A stretch of 45,035 bases of DNA from Octopus bimaculoides (Eukaryota), in contig NC_068993.1 in assembly GCF_001194135.2 (NCBI RefSeq), positions 38,755,105 through 38,800,139 of the forward strand, in the 5' to 3' direction. Within the stretch, counting starts at the first letter, position 1. Each line of letters starts with the position of its first letter. Shown piece after piece: positions 35,474 to 45,035 of this stretch. Both the position numbers and the translations under genes were made by a program. The notes beneath the pieces were generated by a model. It had not been told where the DNA came from, made no database searches, and worked only from the letters and a program-made list of their open reading frames with translations.

Positions 35474-35921
35474 AGGTGCAGGAGTGGCTATGTGGTAAGA
35501 AGCTTGCTTCCCGACCACATTGTTCTGGGTTCAGTCCCACTGCGTTGCACCTTGGGCAAATGCTTTCTACTATAGCCTTGGGCCAACCAAAGCCTTGTGA
35601 GTGGATTTGGTAGGCAGAAACTGAAAAAAGCCCATCATATATTTATATATATGTATGTATGTATGTATGCATGTATGTATGTATGTATGTATGGATGGAT
35701 GGATTTGTTATTTGTGTCTGTTTGTTAACCTACCATTGCGTGACAACCAACCAATGTTGGTGTGTTTACATGCGCGTCACTTAGCGGTTTGGCAAAAAGA
35801 GACCGATAGAATAAACACCAGGCTTACAAAGAATAAGTCCTGGGGTCGATTTGTTTGACTAAAGGTGGTGCTCCAGCATGGCCACAGTCAAATGCCTGAA
35901 ACAAGTAAAAGAATAAAAGAA
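35474..35921 (+). mobile_element. SINE family A, full length
   Basis: tRNA-like head (tggctatgtggtaag...ggttcagtccc), CORE-like ccttgggcaaatg, internal (TATG)n, tail ggtgctccagcatggccacagtcaaatgcctgaaacaagtaaaag. Confidence 0.9.
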
Positions 35922-37832
35922 TGTCTTATCCTAATTCAGTGGAACAGAATATTGATGATCGGATCATAGATGCATCTTTTATCTCACTTCAGTCTTTTCA
36001 ATTGTGGCCATGCTGGAGCATTGCCTTGAAGGGCTTTTAGTCAAACAAATTGACCCTAGTTCTTTTACGTCTGGTAGTTGTTCCATTGGTCTCTTTTTGC
36101 TTGACGGCTAAATTATGCAGATGTAAGCAAACCAACACTGAATTGGGCAGTGTATGGGACATCTTTAGGCATGGCACTTCATTTCCCATAGCTAAAGTCT
36201 ATTTAACAAGTTAATAAGTACCTGCCTGGTGTCGGTGTAACCTTTCTCTCCCTCCCCATTCACTTTCTCTCTCTTTCTCCAGGAGTTATATCGTGGATGT
36301 TCAGGTACATCAAAGTTAGGAGGGCCAAGAAGGTGTCTATATCTGAATGCAACTACATAGGACTTTTAGAAACAAATAGAAAAAGTTTAATGCATGTTAC
36401 CAAATCCTACCTTCTCATGAGTGATGGCCGGCTTTTCTGTACTTTTAGGTCGATGAAGGGCAATGGGTTAGCAGAAGTATGGGGTTAATAGTGGGTTAAT
36501 ATCAACCAAAATACTGTGTAATATATGGCTATGACTCTTTTCATTCTGAATTCAAACCTTTGAAGTTCAATATTGTCTTTCATCCTACTGTTAGCAATAA
36601 AATAAATACCTTCCATGTACTGGGGAGCAAAAGTGATTGGCTAATGCCACCTTTAAAATTTCTGCTGTTATACCCACGTCTGAAATTATCATTACCCCTA
36701 TAGCTTTAACAAAAGACTCAATTTTTGGTGTTCTGCCCCTTGTGTCACAACCTTGGACCTGATGTCCATTCTTTCATATCTTGGTCTTTCTTTAGCTTTA
36801 GTTATGCACCACTGGGTAAAAACAGATTTTTCAACTCAATTGCATATATTGAATTTTTATCAATTAAGTGGCTATTTGCAACATCAGTGACCACTTTGTT
36901 CTTTTCCCCTATATCAGAGATGAAGAATTCTCATTTGAACAAGTGGCTTGCATCATTGAAAATGTCCAAAAAGGCTGAAATACATTGGTACTGTTGGGTT
37001 GAATTTTCATCTCTTTCTGATACTTATTATGTTAAAAACACAAGAAATCCCTAAGTAACGTTATTTCAGAACAAATACATGCAGTAACTGGCCTATCAAT
37101 GGTGTATCTACATTAAGTATGATACATAGATCGCTACAAAATTTCCTGTTTACTTAATTTTTTAAAAATATTTTTTTCTGCTGTTTTTGACAAGTATGAA
37201 AATGATACAGTATGTGAGAGATATGAACAGTTTAAACCTAATAAATCTCAAACTAATATGGAGTGTTTATAAAAGATTAAAGGTAAAAATCAAAAGGCAA
37301 AAATCAAAATGGACCTCGTTGTGAGGATATATTTATCGTTTAAAATAAGGATCTACGCAAAAGTTTACAAACCAGAATATAGTGTGGCTGAAACATAATT
37401 GTAAACATTTTAAGGAAATATAAAAATTGGATTTCAAAAGAAAATTAATTGGACTGAAAATTGAAACCCGTAAAAGGGACTGAAAATATACAAAAAAATA
37501 TTTTGGAACGTTTAAATTGAAACTGAACTTGTTACTGTTATCTTCTTTGCAATGTCAAAGTGGATTTTGCTTTCTTTTCCATAAAACACAAATATACATG
37601 CACAAACACACACACGCACATCTTAAACTGCTCATATATATGCATGCATGTATGTGTTATCATACATACATATGTACATACAAACATATATACATATACA
37701 CATACATATATCTATGAAAATATATAAATGTAGGTATCTACGTATACATATGTATATGTGTGGGTGTGTATATATATATTTATATAAAAGTATGTATCTA
37801 TGCATACACATATGTAAATACATGAGTATGTG

Positions 37833-37931
<99 letters not shown>

Positions 37932-38278
37932 TTATTAATTTATATATATATATATTTGTATGTATGTATGTATGTATACATGTATATAAAGCAAGCACAT
38001 ACATGAGTAGGTTCAAGATTAAATGCATACAAACATCAAAAGCGAACAAAAGAGGGACAGGCCGCAGATCAAATGCGTAAAACTTCATTGAAAGCAAACA
38101 AAACAAAAGAAAACAATATAGAAAATAGAGAGCAAGACATACCCCCATAACCACCCCGGTTAAAAACTTTACAAAAATAATTTTAAAAGTCATGGATATA
38201 AACCAACAAAAAAAAAATCATTAAAAAATTCCTATAAATGAACATACATGTGTGTACATTTTTATATACGCATAAGTA

Positions 38279-38315
<37 letters not shown>

Positions 38316-38837
38316 GTATGTATATGTACATATATATCTGTATATACATGTCTATATATATATATATGTATGTATATGTACATATATGTATGTGTAAGCA
38401 TATACATTAATTGTAAAACTTGTGTAAAATAGCAGAACGGTAAATATGCACAAAAGCCTTATATATTGAAACCTTGCAGTTTTATTCACATTTTTAAGTA
38501 TTTTCAATGGTAAGAACAGTTTATCAATGTATATAAGCTATATAGGGCTTGCCCCATCTCCAGTGACATGTCTGGCTTATTTATTTAAAAATTTATATAC
38601 CTGTATATACTTACATACATACATATATATATATTTATATATATATATATGTATGTATCTATGTATGTCGCTGTATATTATTTCAAAATTTATAATATCA
38701 TTCACAATTTATATTTTATATTCATTATATTAAATTTATGTCTATTAAAAAAAGTTATTATTCATATTTTTATATATACTCATTGCTTCAAAGTGTTTAT
38801 TCATTGATCAGGTTTGGGTTATGTGTGCATTTATATC

Positions 38838-38876
<39 letters not shown>

Positions 38877-39622
38877 NNNNNNNNNNNNNNNNNNNNNNNN
38901 NNNNNNNNNNNNNNNNNNNNNNNNNNNNNNNNNNNNNNNNNNNNNNNNNNNNNNNNNNNNNNNNNNNNNNNNNNNNNNNNNNNNNNNNNNNNNNNNNNNN
39001 NNNNNNNNNNNNNNNNNNNNNNNNNNNNNNNNNNNNNNNNNNNNNNNNNNNNNNNNNNNNNNNNNNNNNNNNNNNNNNNNNNNNNNNNNNNNNNNNNNNN
39101 NNNNNNNNNNNNNNNNNNNNNNNNNNNNNNNNNNNNNNNNNNNNNNNNNNNNNNNNNNNNNNNNNNNNNNNNNNNNNNNNNNNNNNNNNNNNNNNNNNNN
39201 NNNNNNNNNNNNNNNNNNNNNNNNNNNNNNNNNNNNNNNNNNNNNNNNNNNNNNNNNNNNNNNNNNNNNNNNNNNNNNNNNNNNNNNNNNNNNNNNNNNN
39301 NNNNNNNNNNNNNNNNNNNNNNNNNNNNNNNNNNNNNNNNNNNNNNNNNNNNNNNNNNNNNNNNNNNNNNNNNNNNNNNNNNNNNNNNNNNNNNNNNNNN
39401 NNNNNNNNNNNNNNNNNNNNNNNNNNNNNNNNNNNNNNNNNNNNNNNNNNNNNNNNNNNNNNNNNNNNNNNNNNNNNNNNNNNNNNNNNNNNNNNNNNNN
39501 NNNNNNNNNNNNNNNNNNNNNNNNNNNNNNNNNNNNNNNNNNNNNNNNNNNNNNNNNNNNNNNNNNNNNNNNNNNNNNNNNNNNNNNNNNNNNNNNNNNN
39601 NNNNNNNNNNNNNNNNNNNNNN

Positions 39623-39673
<51 letters not shown>

Positions 39674-39910
39674 TTATGTATGTATTTACCTAATTATTTT
39701 GGTGGGGGAGCACTGTGCCAAGAAGATGCAGTTCCTTTTCCTTACCCTAACCCTAACCTTTATCATTTCCTCTCTCTCAGTTTCGAAATTTTCTATTACC
39801 ATGCACACATTTCACATCTCTCTCTCTCTCTTTCTCTAACACTATTTTATTTCAAGTAAAATTAATTTCTATATAATGACATTGGAATAGATCACACAAA
39901 CTGCTGTGAG

Positions 39911-39946
<36 letters not shown>

Positions 39947-39961
39947 NNNNNNNNNNGTGAG

Positions 39962-40000
<39 letters not shown>

Positions 40001-40257
40001 TCAGTGATGTATGCAAACATGCATTGATGACATATTTATACATGCAACTGTAACCTATGAACATATGCAGCAGCACACACACACATGCATGTACACATAG
40101 CGGTGACTTTTGCATTGCATATACACAAGTGCATGTATGAAAGTAAGACATGTATATATGCTTCACTTACACATGTACACATGCATTAGAGAGATCTGTG
40201 CATAATCACATATAACATGTACATATATTCATCTGTGACTTATACACTGGCATCAGT

Positions 40258-40290
<33 letters not shown>

Positions 40291-40439
40291 NNNNNNNNNN
40301 NNNNNNNNNNNNNNNNNNNNNNNNNNNNNNNNNNNNNNNNNNNNNNNNNNNNNNNNNNNNNNNNNNNNNNNNNNNNNNNNNNNNNNNNNNNNNNNNNNNN
40401 NNNNNNNNNNNNNNNNNNNNNNNNTATATATATATATAT

Positions 40440-40625
40440 ATATATATATAAAGGGTGAATTTACAAAAAAACAAAAAATGAAGACAGGTGGTATTGAAAA
40501 CAAAGAGATGTATTAGTATAATACTCGGGAATTGAAAAAGTCTTTAATGTTTCGAGCCTACGCTCCTCCACAGAAAGGAACACAGAAAGAAACAAGGAGA
40601 GAAAAAAATGTATGTAGTGGTTAGC
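40440..40625 (-). mobile_element. Short Penelope-type repeat with a minimal hammerhead-like motif (family HHR-2)
   Basis: Minus strand of 40541-40578: CCUUU-CUGUGGA-G-GAGC-guag-GCUC-GAAA-CA-U-U-AAAGA. Confidence 0.6.
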
Positions 40626-41220
40626 GATCTATCATTAATATATATATGTATGTATGCATTATCACACATAGACTTATGCAAAAGTACAGTAATATACACA
40701 TACATTACTGATATAGACTATATANNNNNNNNNNNNNNNNNNNNNNNNNNNNNNNNNNNNNNNNNNNNNNNNNNNNNNNNNNNNNNNNNNNNNNNNNNNN
40801 NNNNNNNNNNNNNNNNNNNNNNNNNNNNNNNNNNNNNNNNNNNNNNNNNNNNNNNNNNNNNNNNNNNNNNNNNNNNNNNNNNNNNNNNNNNNNNNNNNNN
40901 NNNNNNNNNNNNNNNNNNNNNNNNNNNNNNNNNNNNNNNNNNNNNNNNNNNNNNNNNNNNNNNNNNNNNNNNNNNNNNNNNNNNNNNNNNNNNNNNNNNN
41001 NNNNATATCATATATGTATAGTGTTTTCTAGATATGCACAAAGTCATCAGTACATGTACACTTGTACATCATTGATATGGGCACTTGAATCAGGCACAAC
41101 CACCAATATACAGTGTGGGCTAAAATTCATGCACCAAAACATTTCCCATTTCATCTATATTATTTTATTAATATTCTTATCAATTTTGTTCATCATATAC
41201 AAGTACATGTACATTCATCC

Positions 41221-41480
41221 TTATTACGTCTGTCTTAGTGAAAGCGGCGGAATTGTTTTTCAGTCGCAATTGTTTGTTGTTTGTCCGTGGACAAGATATC
41301 TCAAAAACAGCTGGATGGATTCAGGTGAAACTTTCAGGGAAGTTTGGCCTCGTAACTGGCGCGATCTGGTTAGATTTTGAGATCGATTCAGTACTGGACA
41401 AGGATTCTGGATTGTTTTTCATTCTTTTTTTTTTACTTCATTTTTGAAAGTAGTCAGTTCATTTTTAGTATTCTTTTTTA
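41221..41480 (+). mobile_element. Crypton-like non-autonomous repeat
   Basis: ttattacgtctgtc...ggcggaattgtttttcag...gtttgtccgtggacaagatatctcaaaaacagctggatggatt..tgaaactttcaggg resembles ttattacctccgcc..ggcggagg-type Crypton-associated repeats. This is recognition from memory, not a search. Confidence 0.5.
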
Positions 41481-41499
41481 GCTTTCTCAACAGTAAGGC

Positions 41500-41890
41500 A
41501 ACGCTGGTAACGATCACATTCTAATGGTGCTTTTTATGTGCCACTGGCACGGGAGCCAGTCAGTGGCCCTGACAACGATCATGCTTGGATGGTGCTTTTA
41601 ACGTTGCACTGGCACGGATGCCAGTCAGGCGGTGCTGTCATTGGCCACATCAGCAAATTTGATTTTGATTGTGATTTCACTTGCCTCAACAGGTCTTCAC
41701 AAGCAATGCATAAGTAGGCTGGTTACACTGCTGCCAGTTTTTCTCAAGCACAACATATTTCCAAAGGTCTCGGTCACTAGTCATTGCCTCGGTGAGGCTC
41801 GATGTTCGAAAGGTCATGCTTCACCACCTCATCCCAGGTCTTCCTGGGTCTACCTCTTCTACAGATTGTCCAAAGATATTTTCTGAGCTG
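41500..41890 (-). repeat. Family E retroelement segment
   Basis: atttcacttgcctcaacaggtcttcacaagc is the reverse complement of the 12822-12970 unit. ggtgcttttta-gtgccactggcac occurs twice. Confidence 0.7.
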
Positions 41891-41929
41891 CACTGCCATG
41901 ATTAACTCTATTGATAGTAACCTGCCTGA

Positions 41930-42372
41930 AATCACTCCTGGTTCTATGATACAAACTTACCATTTTAAAATGATTTAAATTAAAACCTTCCATCAAAATT
42001 CGATGCTAATTTATGTTCCAAACACCAACTTTAATAAGGACAAATTTATTTCATTAAATTATTCATTATTATCAAAAATTAATTGAAATAAAGGCAGTGT
42101 ATTTTAACTGGAATGATTTAGCTTCCACATTCTTCCATCATGTTTGTCTTATGGTTATGATACCAACCCACCAGAGAACGCCCTTGATTCTATGATGCAC
42201 ACTTCCTGTTATAAAGTGATTTAAATTAAAAACCTTCCAATAAACTTTCATATTAAATTATGTTCCAAACACCAGCTGAATCATGACCAAGTTATTTTAC
42301 TAAATTCTTTATTATTTTCAAAATAAGTGAATTAAAGGCATCGTATCTTAATAGAAATATGGTAACAAAATA
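41930..42372 (+). repeat. Two tandem diverged copies of an AT-rich dispersed repeat (see 9225-9370)
   Basis: ttctatgat...gatttaaattaaaaccttcca...ttatgttccaaacacca occurs at about 41940-42030 and about 42188-42275. Confidence 0.75.
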
Positions 42373-42877
42373 TTTAGGACTTTGATATATTCTTTTGATC
42401 GTCTCTAAGAGCAATCCTTTTTATTATTGATCTTCCATATTTCCTTTTTAGACCTTCATTAATCCTTCATTCCTCCATCATTAGTCCTTTACGTTTAGTT
42501 AGAAATAACATTTCCAAAATAAATCAATGTTCTATTACGTTACTATTTTGGCCTCATCTTCTGAATGAAGTTGTGATTAGAGCATGTTGTTACCATGTTT
42601 AAGTAGTAAGCATACCTATGAAGCCATAGCTTCATAGGTATGCTGTGGCAACTGATGAAATCATCAATGTTAGATTTTAAAATGTTTAACATTTAATTCC
42701 AGTCCACTCTCATAGTTCATTCCTCATGTGCTCTGTGTATCTGTCTTGATTTTAGGTTTCTATTTTGCTTTTAATAAACCTTCCAAGGATAATCTAGTAA
42801 CGTTTTGAAATTCCATATAACATGTTTTTCTATCTACTTTTGTTTTGCATTGTTTATTACATTATACTGCAACACCA

Positions 42878-43312
42878 TAGAGGCGCAATGGCCCAGTGGT
42901 TAGGGCAATGGACTCGCAGTCATAGGATCGCGGTTTTGATTCCCACACCGGGCGTTGTGAGTGTTTATTGAGCGAAAACACCTAAAGCTCCACAAGGCTC
43001 CGGCAGGGGGTGGTGGCGAATCCTGCTGTACTCTTTCACCACCACTTTCTCTCACTCTTACTTTCTGTTTTCTGTTGTGCCTGTATTTCAAAGGGTCAGC
43101 CTTGTCACACTGTGTCACGCTGAATATCCCCGAGAACTACGTTAAGGGTACACGTGTCTGTGGAGTGCTCAGCCACTTGCACGTTAANNNNNNNNNNTAC
43201 ACGTGTCTGTGGAGTGCTCAGCCACTTGCACGTTAATTTCACGAGCAGGCTGTTCCGTTGATCGGATCAACTGGAACCGTCGACGTCGTAAGCGACAGAG
43301 TGCCAACAACAA
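42878..43312 (+). mobile_element. tRNA-derived SINE family C, full length
   Basis: A-box tggcccagtgg, B-box-like ggttttgattcc and a (CAA)n tail. It is an inverted homolog of 9412-9796. Confidence 0.9.
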
Positions 43313-44061
43313 CAACTGCAACACCTCATTGTTGTAAATGCATGATCAATCAATGAGAAAGTGTTGTACTTGTGCATCCAGTATGATAGGCTGAGTGATA
43401 CATTTTATAAGTTTCATGTTTGCATTAAAATTTGGACATTGCATTGTTTATCTGGAATATTCCGAGGCTTGAAGATTTGTGGTGTTGAGATGAGAAAATT
43501 ATTTATTGTTCTGATTTTGAAATATGTTTCAACTGTTACATGTATTTTATGAGTTATTTTAATGATGTGTTTATCCATTCTGTAACTCAAAATAAAATAA
43601 AACTCAACTATAAAATAAAAATACATTGTGATGATTGAAGGAACTCGCTGGAAACCTCTATCAAAGTCTAACCATCTTATTTGAATAAAGCTAAGACTTT
43701 TATCAATTTTCATAAATATTTTCAAGTGCTTTTATATTTATTAATAAACCAAGAAATGTATAATTTGGATTCAAGTATTCTTATCTACTTGCGTAGACTT
43801 TTCAATTTCAGTCTCTGTAACACTTTACACTGATGAAGGAAATGAATCTCCTGAAACAGATTTAGTTGTGGATATAGAAGGATTAAAAGTCAAAATTAAG
43901 GGAGTAAGATTTGCATCAGGAAATGCAGAGATTAATAAAATTTAATTCAAAGTTTAATTTTGGCAACTTGGTGTTTAGATAATTCTTTTATCTTTTGCTT
44001 AAGGAATTTTAATTGAGCTAATTGACTCCTGAAAAACCTCCAGCAATACATATCTTCATCA

Positions 44062-44335
44062 TCATCATCATTTAATGTCTGAATCTATGCTGGACGGTTT
44101 GACCAGGATTGGTATGCTGAAAGGCTGCACCAGACTCCAGTTTGATTGGCAAGGTTTTCTATGGATGGATGCCTTTCCTAATGCCAACCACTCTGAGAGT
44201 GTAATGGGTGCTTTTATGTGCTACCATTTGCATCAAACCGGTATCTGCCATGACTGCAATTTTGCTCGTCTTGATGGGTCTTCTTCTCAAGTACAATATA
44301 ATGCCAAAGGTCTCAGCCATTGCTTCCATTAGGCC
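44062..44335 (-). repeat. Family E retroelement tail
   Basis: catcatcatcatttaatgtc...gactccagtttgattggc...ggatgcctttcctaatgccaaccactctgagagtgtaatgggtgc. Confidence 0.75.
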
Positions 44336-44734
44336 CAACTTATATATACATATATATCTGTAAAAATATGTGACACTTATTCAGTAGCCATGATAAAACT
44401 CCGAGTTTCAGATGCCAGGGTGGGAGCCCACACCAACATCGCTTCAGTTATCCAGCCAATTGAAAATTCCTGTGAAAATTCCTCTATTTGCATAATATCG
44501 AGGTCTCTTTCTTTCATTTGTTGTCCTTCCTGTCAAATATATACACACACACACACAGATAGACACACACAAACATATATATATATATGTATACGAACAT
44601 ACAGACACATGTATATACATGTGTGTATGTGTGTGATCAAATATATATAAATATATATACTTATATAGAGTGAGACACACACACATACATATGTAAGGCA
44701 GCCGCACAAATATTTTTAATCTTTAGATTTTATC

Positions 44735-44900
44735 TTTTAACTTGTTTCAATGTCTAAACCCCTTGAAGGGTTTAGTTGAACAAATTGACCCATGTACCTT
44801 TTTTTTTTCTCAAACCTGGTACTTATTCTATCAGCCACTTTTTCCTAACTGCTAATCGCAGGGTTGTAAACAAACCAACACTGTCTGTCATGGAGTGAGG
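44735..44900 (-). mobile_element. SINE family A, 3' fragment
   Basis: cttttaacttgtttcaatgtc...aaattgacccatgtac...cctggtacttattctatc...gtaaacaaaccaacac. Confidence 0.7.
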
Positions 44901-44977
44901 TGAACAACCGAAGATACAAAGGCACATACACATGCACACACCCACACAGACCCTCCCCCACACTTGCTACCCAGACA

Positions 44978-45035
<58 letters not shown>

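Noticed and set aside
39745-39758. Interstitial telomeric repeat
   Set aside because: Only two CCCTAA units are present, which is expected by chance.
1-45035. CRISPR array, rRNA, or a prokaryotic/viral operon
   Set aside because: There is no regularly spaced repeat-spacer array, no rRNA-like sequence and no dense intact ORFs. The window is eukaryotic repeat-rich DNA.

Overview
AT-rich, repeat-saturated animal genomic DNA with many N gaps (largest about 7862-8313, 16162-16574, 22379-22986, 25238-26060, 38877-39622). The SINE families and the dense (TA)n/(CA)n/(GAT)n microsatellites look like a coleoid cephalopod, probably Octopus; this is inference from recognition, not a search. I recognise no host protein-coding gene, and nearly all supplied ORFs are microsatellite or gap artefacts, so the window is probably intronic or intergenic. 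It holds decayed mobile elements: a maT/DD37D-like Tc1/mariner transposase pseudogene, two mariner fragments, several MITEs and foldbacks, an R4/Dong-like RT remnant, an RTE-like 3' end, a Penelope-like ORF C-terminus, and at least four tRNA-headed SINE families. The most notable signal is a set of minimal type I hammerhead-ribozyme (HHR) motifs from three, possibly four, short repeat families. One family is fused to a tRNA-like Pol III head and arranged as a head-to-head foldback at 21057-21527, suggesting a ribozyme-bearing, Penelope-dependent SINE or retrozyme-like element. Repeat boundaries were read by eye and are approximate unless exact motifs are quoted.
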